Shown here: one piece after another, positions 24,727-36,980 of the stretch
Numbering within the stretch: position 1 is the stretch's first letter
Layout: each line of letters opens with the position of its first letter
From: Auanema rhodensis
Lineage: Eukaryota; Animalia; Nematoda
Direction: 5' to 3'
DNA: 64,000 nucleotides
NCBI GenBank assembly: GCA_964057225.1
Contig: OZ059897.1
Coordinates: 9,548,001-9,612,000 of the forward strand
Notes under the pieces: model-generated
What the model was told of the DNA's origin: nothing
The model's input: only the letters and a program-made list of their open reading frames with translations
Database searches by the model: none
Position numbers and translations under genes: made by a program

Positions 24727-25057
24727 TGTGATTTCTGATATTCTATTGAATCATTTAGATGTTCAGATCATAACGTAATTTTCTACTGGATCTTTATGCA
24801 GGTGAAATCAGAATAATTCTTGTAATCTTTGGTTCTAATGGATAAGTCCGTCAGATAAACCTTGGATCAAGATCTTAGAAGTGTTCTATCTCTATCATTT
24901 CATTTTTCTTGTTATCTATACAAAGTTTGAAAACACTTAAACAGAGTTCTAAGAACTGAAACAATGTTACATCTACAGAATTCTATCTGATCAGAAAGAG
25001 ATTAAGAAATAATATTCAAAATAAACGTTTAAATTTCAAAAAAAAGGTAAAACTTAA

Positions 25058-25130
25058 AGCCCGATGCGGGGCTCGAACCCGCGACAGCCAGATTAAGAGT
25101 CTGGTGCTCTACCGACTGAGCTAACCGGGC
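25058..25130 (-). tRNA. tRNA-Lys(CTT)
   Basis: array consensus copy. Confidence 0.96.
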
Positions 25131-25461
25131 TGTGATTTCTGATATTGTATTGAATCATTTAGATGTTCAGAGCAAAAGGTGATTTTCTACTGGATCTTTA
25201 TGCAGGTGAAATCAGAATAATTCTTGTAATCTTTGGTTCTAATGGATCAGTCCGTCAGAAAAACCTTGGATCAAGATCTTAGAAGTGTTCTATCTCTATC
25301 ATTTCATTTTTCTTGTTATCTATACAAAGTTTGAAAACACTTAAACAGAGTTCTAAGAACTGAAACAATGTTACATCTACAGCTTTCTATCTGATCAGAA
25401 AGAGGTTAGGAATAAATTTTCAAAATAAACGTTATAATTTCAAATAAAAGGTAAAACTCAA

Positions 25462-25534
25462 AGTCCGATGCGGGGCTCGAACCCGCGACAGCCAGATTAA
25501 GAGTCTGGTGCTCTACCGACTGAGCTAACCGGGC
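25462..25534 (-). tRNA. tRNA-Lys(CTT), acceptor-stem variant
   Basis: CGGACT end. Confidence 0.87.
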
Positions 25535-25865
25535 TGTGATTTCTGATATTCTATTGAATCATTTAGATGTTCAGATCATAACGTAATTTTCTACTGGATC
25601 TTTATGCAGGTGAAATCAGAATAATTCTTGTAATCTTTGGTTCTAATGGATAAGTCCGTCAGATAAACCTTGGATCAAGATCTTAGAAGTGTTCTATCTC
25701 TATCATTTCATTTTTCTTGTTATCTATACAAAGTTTGAAAACACTTAAACAGAGTTCTAAGAACTGAAACAATGTTACATCTACAGAATTCTATCTGATC
25801 AGAAAGAGGTTAGGAATAAATTTTTAAAATAAACGTTATAATTTCAAATGAAAGGTAAAACTTAA

Positions 25866-25938
25866 AGCCCGATGCGGGGCTCGAACCCGCGACAGCCAGA
25901 TTAAGAGTCTGGTGCTCTACCGACTGAGCTAACCGGGC
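25866..25938 (-). tRNA. tRNA-Lys(CTT)
   Basis: array consensus copy. Confidence 0.96.
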
Positions 25939-26269
25939 TGTGATTTCTGATATTGTATTGAATCATTTAGATGTTCAGAGCAAAAGGTGATTTTCTACTG
26001 GATCTTTATGCAGGTGAAATCAGAATAATTCTTGTAATCTTTGGTTCTAATGGATCAGTCCGTCAGAAAAACCTTGGATCAAGATCTTAGAAGTGTTCTA
26101 TCTCTATCATTTCATTTTTCTTGGTATCTATACAAAGTTTGAAAACACTTAAACAGAGTTCTAAGAACTGAAACAATGTTACATCTACAGCTTTCTATCT
26201 GATCAGAAAGAGGTTAGGAATAAATTTTCAAAATAAACGTTATAATTTCAAATAAAAGGTAAAACTTAA

Positions 26270-26342
26270 AGCCCGATGCGGGGCTCGAACCCGCGACAGC
26301 CAGATTAAGAGTCTGGTGCTCTACCGACTGAGCTAACCGGGC
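26270..26342 (-). tRNA. tRNA-Lys(CTT)
   Basis: array consensus copy. Confidence 0.96.
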
Positions 26343-26673
26343 TGTGATTTCTGATATTCTATTGAATCATTTAGATGTTCAGAGCAAAAGGTAATTTTCT
26401 ACTGGATCTTTATGCAGATGAAATCAGAATATTTCTTGTAATATTTGGTTCTAATGGATCAGTTCGTCAGAAAAACCTTGGATCAAGATCTTAGAAGTGT
26501 TCTATCTCTATCATTTCATTTTTCTTGTTATCTATACAAAGTTTGAAAACACTTAAACAGAGTTCTAAGAACTGAAACAATGTTACATCTACAGCTTTCT
26601 ATCTGATCAGAAAGAGGTTAGGAATAAATTTTCAAAATAAACGTTATAATTTCAAATAAAAGGTAAAACTTAA

Positions 26674-26746
26674 AGCCCGATGCGGGGCTCGAACCCGCGA
26701 CAGCCAGATTAAGAGTCTGGTGCTCTACCGACTGAGCTAACCGGGC
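26674..26746 (-). tRNA. tRNA-Lys(CTT)
   Basis: array consensus copy. Confidence 0.96.
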
Positions 26747-27077
26747 TGTGATTTCTGATATTGTATTGAATCATTTAGATGTTCAGAGCAAAAGGTAATT
26801 TTCTACTGGATCTTTATACAGATGAAATCAGAATATTTCTTGTAATATTTGGTTCTAATGGATCAGTTCGTCAGAAAAACCTTGGATCAAGATCTTAGAA
26901 GTGTTCTATCTCTATCATTTCATTTTTCTTGGTATCTATACAAAGTTTGAAAACACTTAAACAGAGTTCTAAGAACTGAAACAATGTTACATCTACAGCT
27001 TTCTATCTGATCAGAAAGAGGTTAGGAATAAATTTTCAAAATAAACGTTATAATTTCAAATAAAAGGTAAAACTTAA

Positions 27078-27150
27078 AGCCCGATGCGGGGCTCGAACCC
27101 GCGACAGCCAGATTAAGAGTCTGGTGCTCTACCGACTGAGCTAACCGGGC
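27078..27150 (-). tRNA. tRNA-Lys(CTT)
   Basis: array consensus copy. Confidence 0.96.
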
Positions 27151-27481
27151 TGTGATTTCTGATATTCTATTGAATCATTTAGATGTTCAGAGCAAAAGGT
27201 AATTTTCTACTGGATCTTTATGCAGATGAAATCAGAATAATTCTTGTAATCTTTGGTTCTAATGGATCAGTCCGTCAGAAAAACCTTGGATCAAGATCTC
27301 AGAAGTGTTCTATCTCTATCATTTCATTTTTCTTGTTATCTATACAAAGTTTGAAAACACTTAAACAGAGTTCTAAGAACTGAAACAATGTTACATCTAC
27401 AGAATTCTATCTGATCAGAAAGAGATTAAGAAATAATATTCAAAATAAACGTTTAAATTTCAAAAAAAAGGTAAAACTTAA

Positions 27482-27554
27482 AGCCCGATGCGGGGCTCGA
27501 ACCCGCGACAGCCAGATTAAGAGTCTGGTGCTCTACCGACTGAGCTAACCGGGC
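27482..27554 (-). tRNA. tRNA-Lys(CTT)
   Basis: array consensus copy. Confidence 0.96.
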
Positions 27555-28021
27555 TGTGATTTCTAATATTGTATTGAATCATTTAGATGTTCAGAGCATA
27601 ACGTAATTATCTACTGGATCTTTATGCAGATGAAATCAGGCGACAGCCAGATTAAGAGTCTGGTGCTCTACCGACTGAGCTAACCGGGCTGTGATTTCTG
27701 ATATTGTATTGAATCATTTAGATGTTCAGAGCAAAAGGTAATTTTCTACTGGATCTTTATGCAGATGAAATCAGAATAATTCTTGTAATCTTTGGTTCTA
27801 ATGGATCAGTCCGTCAGAAAAACCTTGGATCAAGATCTTAGAAGTGTTCTATCTCTATCATTTTATTTTTCTTGGTATCTATACAAAGTTTGAAAACACT
27901 TAAACAGAGTTCTAAGAACTGAAACAATGTTACATCTACAGAATTCTATCTGATCAGAAAGAGATTAAGAAAGAATATTCAAAATAAACGTTTAATTTTC
28001 AAAAAAAAAGGTAAAACTTAA

Positions 28022-28094
28022 AGCCCGATGCGGGGGTCGAATCCGTAACAGCCAGATTAAGAGACTGGTGCTCTACCGACTGAGCTAACCGGGC
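28022..28094 (-). pseudogene. Mutated tRNA-Lys(CTT) variant
   Basis: 5 substitutions: anticodon-stem T-T mismatch; GTCGCGGGTTCGAGCC becomes GTTACGGATTCGACCC. Confidence 0.8.
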
Positions 28095-28560
28095 TGTGAT
28101 TTCTAATATTGTATTGAATCATTTAGATGTTCAGAGCATAACGTAATTATCTACTGGATCTTTATGCAGATGAAATCAGGCGACAGCCAGATTAAGAGTC
28201 TGGTGCTCTACCGACTGAGCTAACCGGGCTGTGATTTCTAATATTGTATTGAATCATTTAGATGTTCAGATCATAACGTAATTTTCTACTGGATCTTTAT
28301 GCAGGTGAAATCAGAATAGTTCTTGTCTTCTTTGGTTCTAATGGATCAGTCCGTCAGAAAAATTTTAGATCAAGATCTTAGAAGTGTTCTCTCTCTATCA
28401 TTTCATTTTTCTTGTTATCTAAACAAAGTTTGAAAACACTTAAACAGAGTTCTAAGAACTGAAACAATGTTACATCTACAGAATTCTATCTGATCAGAAA
28501 GAGATTAAGAAATAATATTCAAAATAAACGTTTAAATTTCAAAAAAAAGGTAAAGCTTAA

Positions 28561-28633
28561 AGCCCGATGCGGGGCTCGAACCCGCGACAGCCAGATTAAG
28601 AGTCTGGTGCTCTACCGACTGAGCTAACCGGGC
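28561..28633 (-). tRNA. tRNA-Lys(CTT)
   Basis: array consensus copy. Confidence 0.96.
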
Positions 28634-29100
28634 TGTGATTTCTAATATTGTATTGAATCATTTAGATGTTCAGAGCATAACGTAATTATCTACTGGATCT
28701 TTATGCAGATGAAATCAGGCGACAGCCAGATTAAGAGTCTGGTGCTCTACCGACTGAGCTAACCGGGCTGTGATTTCTAATATTGTATTGAATCATTTAG
28801 ATGTTCAGATCATAACGTAATTTTCTACTGGATCTTTATGCAGGTGAAATCAGAATAGTTCTTGTCTTCTTTGGTTCTAATGGATCAGTCCGTCAGAAAA
28901 ATTTTAGATCAAGATCTTAGAAGTGTTCTCTCTCTATCATTTCATTTTTCTTGTTATCTAAACAAAGTTTGAAAACACTTAAACAGAGTTCTAAGAACTG
29001 AAACAATGTTACATCTACAGAATTCTATCTGATCAGAAAGAGATTAAGAAAGAATATTCAAAATAAACGTTTAATTTTCAAAAAAAAAGGTAAAACTTAA

Positions 29101-29173
29101 AGCCCGATGCGGGGGTCGAATCCGTAACAGCCAGATTAAGAGACTGGTGCTCTACCGACTGAGCTAACCGGGC
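29101..29173 (-). pseudogene. Mutated tRNA-Lys(CTT) variant
   Basis: same haplotype as 28022. Confidence 0.8.
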
Positions 29174-29639
29174 TGTGATTTCTAATATTGTATTGAATCA
29201 TTTAGATGTTCAGAGCATAACGTAATTATCTACTGGATCTTTATGCAGATGAAATCAGGCGACAGCCAGATTAAGAGTCTGGTGCTCTACCGACTGAGCT
29301 AACCGGGCTGTGATTTCTAATATTGTATTGAATCATTTAGATGTTCAGAGCATAACGTAATTTTCTACTGGATCTTTATGCAGGTGAAATCAGAATAGTT
29401 CTTGTCTTCTTTGGTTCTAATGAATCAGTCCGTCAGAAAAACTTTGGTCCGAGATTTTAGAAGTGTTCTCTCTCTATCATTTCATTTTTCTTGTTATCTA
29501 AACAAAGTTTGAAAACACTTAAACAGAGTTCTAAGAACTGAAACAATGTTACATCTACAGAATTCTATCTGATCAGAAAGAGATTAAGAAATAATATTCA
29601 AAATAAACGTTTAAATTTCAAAAAAAAGGTAAAACTTAA

Positions 29640-29712
29640 AGCCCGATGCGGGGCTCGAACCCGCGACAGCCAGATTAAGAGTCTGGTGCTCTACCGACTG
29701 AGCTAACCGGGC
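29640..29712 (-). tRNA. tRNA-Lys(CTT)
   Basis: array consensus copy. Confidence 0.96.
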
Positions 29713-30179
29713 TGTGATTTCTAATATTGTATTGAATCATTTAGATGTTCAGAGCATAACGTAATTATCTACTGGATCTTTATGCAGATGAAATCAGGCG
29801 ACAGCCAGATTAAGAGTCTGGTGCTCTACCGACTGAGCTAACCGGGCTGTGATTTCTAATATTGTATTGAATCATTTAGATGTTCAGAGCATAACGTAAT
29901 TTTCTACTGGATCTTTATGCAGGTGAAATCAGAATAGTTCTTGTCTTCTTTGGTTCTAATGGATCAGTCCGTCAGAAAAATTTTAGATCAAGATCTTAGA
30001 AGTGTTCTCTCTCTATCATTTCATTTTTCTTGTTATCTAAACAAAGTTTGAAAACACTTAAACAGAGTTCTAAGAACTGAAACAATGTTACATCTACAGA
30101 ATTCTATCTGATCAGAAAGAGATTAAGAAAGAATATTCAAAATAAACGTTTAATTTTCAAAAAAAAAGGTAAAACTTAA

Positions 30180-30252
30180 AGCCCGATGCGGGGGTCGAAT
30201 CCGTAACAGCCAGATTAAGAGACTGGTGCTCTACCGACTGAGCTAACCGGGC
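30180..30252 (-). pseudogene. Mutated tRNA-Lys(CTT) variant
   Basis: same haplotype as 28022. Confidence 0.8.
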
Positions 30253-30719
30253 TGTGATTTCTAATATTGTATTGAATCATTTAGATGTTCAGAGCATAAC
30301 GTAATTATCTACTGGATCTTTATGCAGATGAAATCAGGCGACAGCCAGATTAAGAGTCTGGTGCTCTACCGACTGAGCTAACCGGGCTGTGATTTCTAAT
30401 ATTGTATTGAATCATTTAGATGTTCAGATCATAACGTAATTTTCTACTGGATCTTTATGCAGGTGAAATCAGAATAGTTCTTGTCTTCTTTGGTTCTAAT
30501 GGATCAGTCCGTCAGAAAAATTTTAGATCAAGATCTTAGAAGTGTTCTCTCTCTATCATTTCATTTTTCTTGTTATCTAAACAAAGTTTGAAAACACTTA
30601 AACAGAGTTCTAAGAACTGAAACAATGTTACATCTACAGAATTCTATCTGATCAGAAAGAGATTAAGAAAGAATATTCAAAATAAACGTTTAATTTTCAA
30701 AAAAAAAGGTAAAACTTAA

Positions 30720-30792
30720 AGCCCGATGCGGGGGTCGAATCCGTAACAGCCAGATTAAGAGACTGGTGCTCTACCGACTGAGCTAACCGGGC
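30720..30792 (-). pseudogene. Mutated tRNA-Lys(CTT) variant
   Basis: same haplotype as 28022. Confidence 0.8.
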
Positions 30793-31258
30793 TGTGATTT
30801 CTAATATTGTATTGAATCATTTAGATGTTCAGAGCATAACGTAATTATCTACTGGATCTTTATGCAGATGAAATCAGGCGACAGCCAGATTAAGAGTCTG
30901 GTGCTCTACCGACTGAGCTAACCGGGCTGTGATTTCTAATATTGTATTGAATCATTTAGATGTTCAGATCATAACGTAATTTTCTACTGGATCTTTATGC
31001 AGGTGAAATCAGAATAGTTCTTGTCTTCTTTGGTTCTAATGGATCAGTCCGTCAGAAAAATTTTAGATCAAGATCTTAGAAGTGTTCTCTCTCTATCATT
31101 TCATTTTTCTTGTTATCTAAACAAAGTTTGAAAACACTTAAACAGAGTTCTAAGAACTGAAACAATGTTACATCTACAGAATTCTATCTGATCAGAAAGA
31201 GATTAAGAAATAATATTCAAAATAAACGTTTAAATTTCAAAAAAAAGGTAAAACTTAA

Positions 31259-31331
31259 AGCCCGATGCGGGGCTCGAACCCGCGACAGCCAGATTAAGAG
31301 TCTGGTGCTCTACCGACTGAGCTAACCGGGC
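31259..31331 (-). tRNA. tRNA-Lys(CTT)
   Basis: array consensus copy. Confidence 0.96.
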
Positions 31332-31798
31332 TGTGATTTCTAATATTGTATTGAATCATTTAGATGTTCAGAGCATAACGTAATTATCTACTGGATCTTT
31401 ATGCAGATGAAATCAGGCGACAGCCAGATTAAGAGTCTGGTGCTCTACCGACTGAGCTAACCGGGCTGTGATTTCTAATATTGTATTGAATCATTTAGAT
31501 GTTCAGATCATAACGTAATTTTCTACTGGATCTTTATGCAGGTGAAATCAGAATAGTTCTTGTCTTCTTTGGTTCTAATGGATCAGTCCGTCAGAAAAAT
31601 TTTAGATCAAGATCTTAGAAGTGTTCTCTCTCTATCATTTCATTTTTCTTGTTATCTAAACAAAGTTTGAAAACACTTAAACAGAGTTCTAAGAACTGAA
31701 ACAATGTTACATCTACAGAATTCTATCTGATCAGAAAGAGATTAAGAAAGAATATTCAAAATAAACGTTTAATTTTCAAAAAAAAAGGTAAAACTTAA

Positions 31799-31871
31799 AG
31801 CCCGATGCGGGGGTCGAATCCGTAACAGCCAGATTAAGAGACTGGTGCTCTACCGACTGAGCTAACCGGGC
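31799..31871 (-). pseudogene. Mutated tRNA-Lys(CTT) variant
   Basis: same haplotype as 28022. Confidence 0.8.
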
Positions 31872-32337
31872 TGTGATTTCTAATATTGTATTGAATCATT
31901 TAGATGTTCAGAGCATAACGTAATTATCTACTGGATCTTTATGCAGATGAAATCAGGCGACAGCCAGATTAAGAGTCTGGTGCTCTACCGACTGAGCTAA
32001 CCGGGCTGTGATTTCTAATATTGTATTGAATCATTTAGATGTTCAGAGCATAACGTAATTTTCTACTGGATCTTTATGCAGGTGAAATCAGAATAGTTCT
32101 TGTCTTCTTTGGTTCTAATGAATCAGTCCGTCAGAAAAACTTTGGTCCGAGATTTTAGAAGTGTTCTCTCTCTATCATTTCATTTTTCTTGTTATCTAAA
32201 CAAAGTTTGAAAACACTTAAACAGAGTTCTAAGAACTGAAACAATGTTACATCTACAGAATTCTATCTGATCAGAAAGAGATTAAGAAATAATATTCAAA
32301 ATAAACGTTTAAATTTCAAAAAAAAGGTAAAACTTAA

Positions 32338-32410
32338 AGCCCGATGCGGGGCTCGAACCCGCGACAGCCAGATTAAGAGTCTGGTGCTCTACCGACTGAG
32401 CTAACCGGGC
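32338..32410 (-). tRNA. tRNA-Lys(CTT)
   Basis: array consensus copy. Confidence 0.96.
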
Positions 32411-32877
32411 TGTGATTTCTAATATTGTATTGAATCATTTAGATGTTCAGAGCATAACGTAATTATCTACTGGATCTTTATGCAGATGAAATCAGGCGAC
32501 AGCCAGATTAAGAGTCTGGTGCTCTACCGACTGAGCTAACCGGGCTGTGATTTCTAATATTGTATTGAATCATTTAGATGTTCAGAGCATAACGTAATTT
32601 TCTACTGGATCTTTATGCAGGTGAAATCAGAATAGTTCTTGTCTTCTTTGGTTCTAATGGATCAGTCCGTCAGAAAAATTTTAGATCAAGATCTTAGAAG
32701 TGTTCTCTCTCTATCATTTCATTTTTCTTGTTATCTAAACAAAGTTTGAAAACACTTAAACAGAGTTCTAAGAACTGAAACAATGTTACATCTACAGAAT
32801 TCTATCTGATCAGAAAGAGATTAAGAAAGAATATTCAAAATAAACGTTTAATTTTCAAAAAAAAAGGTAAAACTTAA

Positions 32878-32950
32878 AGCCCGATGCGGGGGTCGAATCC
32901 GTAACAGCCAGATTAAGAGACTGGTGCTCTACCGACTGAGCTAACCGGGC
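32878..32950 (-). pseudogene. Mutated tRNA-Lys(CTT) variant
   Basis: same haplotype as 28022. Confidence 0.8.
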
Positions 32951-33416
32951 TGTGATTTCTAATATTGTATTGAATCATTTAGATGTTCAGAGCATAACGT
33001 AATTATCTACTGGATCTTTATGCAGATGAAATCAGGCGACAGCCAGATTAAGAGTCTGGTGCTCTACCGACTGAGCTAACCGGGCTGTGATTTCTAATAT
33101 TGTATTGAATCATTTAGATGTTCAGATCATAACGTAATTTTCTACTGGATCTTTATGCAGGTGAAATCAGAATAGTTCTTGTCTTCTTTGGTTCTAATGG
33201 ATCAGTCCGTCAGAAAAATTTTAGATCAAGATCTTAGAAGTGTTCTCTCTCTATCATTTCATTTTTCTTGTTATCTAAACAAAGTTTGAAAACACTTAAA
33301 CAGAGTTCTAAGAACTGAAACAATGTTACATCTACAGAATTCTATCTGATCAGAAAGAGATTAAGAAATAATATTCAAAATAAACGTTTAAATTTCGAAA
33401 AAAAGGTAAAACTTAA

Positions 33417-33489
33417 AGCCCGATGCGGGGCTCGAACCCGCGACAGCCAGATTAAGAGTCTGGTGCTCTACCGACTGAGCTAACCGGGC
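33417..33489 (-). tRNA. tRNA-Lys(CTT)
   Basis: array consensus copy. Confidence 0.96.
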
Positions 33490-33956
33490 TGTGATTTCTA
33501 ATATTGTATTGAATCATTTAGATGTTCAGAGCATAACGTAATTATCTACTGGATCTTTATGCAGATGAAATCAGGCGACAGCCAGATTAAGAGTCTGGTG
33601 CTCTACCGACTGAGCTAACCGGGCTGTGATTTCTAATATTGTATTGAATCATTTAGATGTTCAGATCATAACGTAATTTTCTACTGGATCTTTATGCAGG
33701 TGAAATCAGAATAGTTCTTGTCTTCTTTGGTTCTAATGGATCAGTCCGTCAGAAAAATTTTAGATCAAGATCTTAGAAGTGTTCTCTCTCTATCATTTCA
33801 TTTTTCTTGTTATCTAAACAAAGTTTGAAAACACTTAAACAGAGTTCTAAGAACTGAAACAATGTTACATCTACAGAATTCTATCTGATCAGAAAGAGAT
33901 TAAGAAAGAATATTCAAAATAAACGTTTAATTTTCAAAAAAAAAGGTAAAACTTAA

Positions 33957-34029
33957 AGCCCGATGCGGGGGTCGAATCCGTAACAGCCAGATTAAGAGAC
34001 TGGTGCTCTACCGACTGAGCTAACCGGGC
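33957..34029 (-). pseudogene. Mutated tRNA-Lys(CTT) variant
   Basis: same haplotype as 28022. Confidence 0.8.
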
Positions 34030-34495
34030 TGTGATTTCTAATATTGTATTGAATCATTTAGATGTTCAGAGCATAACGTAATTATCTACTGGATCTTTAT
34101 GCAGATGAAATCAGGCGACAGCCAGATTAAGAGTCTGGTGCTCTACCGACTGAGCTAACCGGGCTGTGATTTCTAATATTGTATTGAATCATTTAGATGT
34201 TCAGAGCATAACGTAATTTTCTACTGGATCTTTATGCAGGTGAAATCAGAATAGTTCTTGTCTTCTTTGGTTCTAATGAATCAGTCCGTCAGAAAAACTT
34301 TGGTCCGAGATTTTAGAAGTGTTCTCTCTCTATCATTTCATTTTTCTTGTTATCTAAACAAAGTTTGAAAACACTTAAACAGAGTTCTAAGAACTGAAAC
34401 AATGTTACATCTACAGAATTCTATCTGATCAGAAAGAGATTAAGAAATAATATTCAAAATAAACGTTTAAATTTCAAAAAAAAGGTAAAACTTAA

Positions 34496-34568
34496 AGCCC
34501 GATGCGGGGCTCGAACCCGCGACAGCCAGATTAAGAGTCTGGTGCTCTACCGACTGAGCTAACCGGGC
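34496..34568 (-). tRNA. tRNA-Lys(CTT)
   Basis: array consensus copy. Confidence 0.96.
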
Positions 34569-34796
34569 TGTGATTTCTAATATTGTATTGAATCATTTAG
34601 ATGTTCAGAGCATAACGTAATTATCTACTGGATCTTTATGCAGATGAAATCAGGCGACAGCCAGATTAAGAGTCTGGTGCTCTACCGACTGAGCTAACCG
34701 GGCTGTGATTTCTAATATTGTATTGAATCATTTAGATGTTCAGAGCATAACGTAATTTTCTACTGGATCTTTATGCAGGTGAAATCAGAATAGTTC

Positions 34797-35141
34797 CGTT
34801 CCTTTATGCTCCTGCGTCGATAATATAAACCATTGTAGTTTATACTATGACGCGCATAGTATTCCTTGGTGTAGCGGTAAGGAATAAAGAGCATAAGGTC
34901 AATCATAAGATAAAAGAGAGAAAGATTTATTAGCATGAAACTACAACAATAATATACAAAGATAAAGATACAATACAATAAGATAAATATAAGTATAAAG
35001 ACTAAACTACAAGCCGTCCATGAGCTTGCTAAGAGGCGAACTCCCGACCAAGGGAACGAGGGAAGGCGGAGCCATTCCTCGGTCCTCTGGTCGTCTGGCT
35101 CTAACCCTTCAGCTACATATATGGGGAGTCCGAATGGAACG
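34797..35141 (-). repeat. 3' LTR of element 3
   Basis: CGTTCC...GGAACG, direct repeat of 38024-38368. Confidence 0.95.
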
Positions 35142-35780
35142 TGCCCTTTTTCAAAGATTTTTCGCGTCCGCGCGATATAAAGAGTTTTTAGTGTATATGT
35201 AGCTGAGTTTCAGAGTCTAGGAGTTTACAATTAAAATTAAAAGTTTTAAAATCTACATGTAGAAAAATATTTAAATGGTATTAATAGGTTTCTTTATGGT
35301 ATTAAGATAGAATTTGAATACAATAATGGGTTTTATGTTATTTTGTAACGGAGGATTAGAAAAATAAATTTAGTCATTGTAGTACTGTAATAAAAAAAAT
35401 TGTTCCATGAATTTGAGATTTATGTGAGATAATAAGGAATTATTCAACTTTTTGCGTGCATGGTTACTCGTATCCTAATGATGATGGGGATAAAGATTTT
35501 TAGTTATTAATTGTTTTCGTCTTCATGTGTCTCTCTGAATGAATCCTTGAGTACTAATGGAGGCTACCACTCAGATGGGGTGTGGCTTAGGCGCCTGCCA
35601 ATTTTCGTCTCTTCTTGGAGATACATATGGAGCTCAATTTAGTGCGATAGACTATCTCTATCGTCGTAAAGGAGTACGGTAGCCTATTATTTATATTATA
35701 TTTTCACTTATTCCTTATTTTTGGTTGTTTATTCTCTTAATCTCTCATCAAAATTTTTCTAATTCACCGTTACTTTCATT

Positions 35781-36240
35781 TTACAATCTACAGAAAAGAA
35801 AAGAATGTATATAAAAATTTTTTCTGTCGTCGGCTATGATGAAGTCCGGATCTTCGTAGGTGTCGTCAGAAGGTGAATATGTTCCTTCTCGGGGAGTATA
35901 AAACTGGTCGACTTGCGGCTTCGGCTTCTCGGCTGGTTGGTGCGGTTTTTCTATTTGAACACTAAGAAGTCGGGTACGGCTTCTGCGACGACTTGCGACA
36001 GTAGCGTCACTGTTGGTATCGGACGGGTAAAGGGCTCGGAAAGCCGATGAGAATCTTTTGGCCACCTTTATAGGACTCTTGGTTTGGAAAAACCGAGAAT
36101 GGTGAGCTACGTGTGGGATGTTGACGTAAGGTGCGTAAGATTCTTTTAGATGTGTGTTGGGAGAGAGAAAGATTCGGGAGCAATAGGATAGTCATGCTTT
36201 GCTGGGCGATGCGGAGGGTAAATGAGAGGGAGTTTTCCAA
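35781..36240 (-). pseudogene. Overlapping, frameshifted short ORFs of unknown function inside element 3
   Basis: 77-aa and 94-aa ORFs overlap in a GC-richer island; no domain recognised. Confidence 0.35.
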
Positions 36241-36486
36241 ATCTTGGCCAACAATCTGACTCCGCCTATCTACCGTAAGCTTATTATAGTTAATGGTGTT
36301 TATCTCTTCTCAAAAACTTTTTTTTTATCCGCTCTTGCACTTTCCGCTTGTACTTCCTTTAATTTCTCTCTTCACTAGTAGCTTTCAATCATGTTTTTGT
36401 CCCCCTTTTTTCTCTTGTTTACCAAGCTAGATTTTATTATTTTTGAGAGCTAAGAATTCTTAAAAATGAGCGTCTAGCCTACTGGA

Positions 36487-36980
36487 ATGACCTTTGTCAT
36501 GCAAAAGCTGTATGACGTTATTGTCTTTTATGATGCTGAAGAGAGATTGGCTTATAGGCCCCATCCTGATATAATATTAATGGTTGGTGCATTAGTCAAT
36601 TTCAATTTTCAGTATTTTCTTTTTTCTATTTTAGTTTATTGAGGATCTGCAAATGTTCTATTTGGGCAGGGGCCTCGTTAATTTTTCCGCTATGGCGGAA
36701 ATTGCGCCCGAGATTGAGCTCGTAGGGCGTCTCTGTCTCCGTGACCTGTGCGCGCATTTTTATGCCGCTCTCCTGTGTGGACTTGTAGGAAGTCCCTGGA
36801 GATGGTATACCGAGAGGCAGCCTTTATTCTATGAATTATTATGTAAAATTTTGTTTAAAATTTATGTATGTTATGATAGCTCTTCGCTTGGATTGCAGCT
36901 GAGGACCTCACTGGGGAGAGAGTATCCCGAATACCTCTCCCCCAGTTAAGAGCCTATCTCTCTTGCTGCAGAGTTTGAAA
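36487..36980 (+). CDS. Putative spliced cargo gene antisense to element 3; 3' exon structure uncertain
   Basis: 32-codon exon 36487-36582, 52-nt GT...TTTTAG intron, in-frame exon from 36635; AATAAA near 37013. Confidence 0.45.

Larger units (their letters stand above)
17954..27639 (-). repeat. Inverted block of the 404-bp tRNA-Lys array (24 genes)
   Basis: reverse-complement units, tRNAs at 18190 + 404n up to 27482. Confidence 0.98.
27482..34796 (-). repeat. 539-540-bp higher-order units: full tRNA plus a 135-bp sub-unit with a 50-nt 3'-truncated tRNA (14 here, first 27640-27689, last 34654-34703; also 38769 and 39714)
   Basis: recurrent junction GAAATCAG|GCGACAGCC; full tRNAs spaced 539-540. 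Confidence 0.95.

Noticed and set aside
412-27383. Repeated 60-66-aa ORFs MFRAKGNFLLDL... in the array spacer
   Set aside because: Opened or closed by a single AGA/AGT-adjacent TCA/TTA-type variant and stopped in most units; no splice or domain evidence; by-product of the repeat
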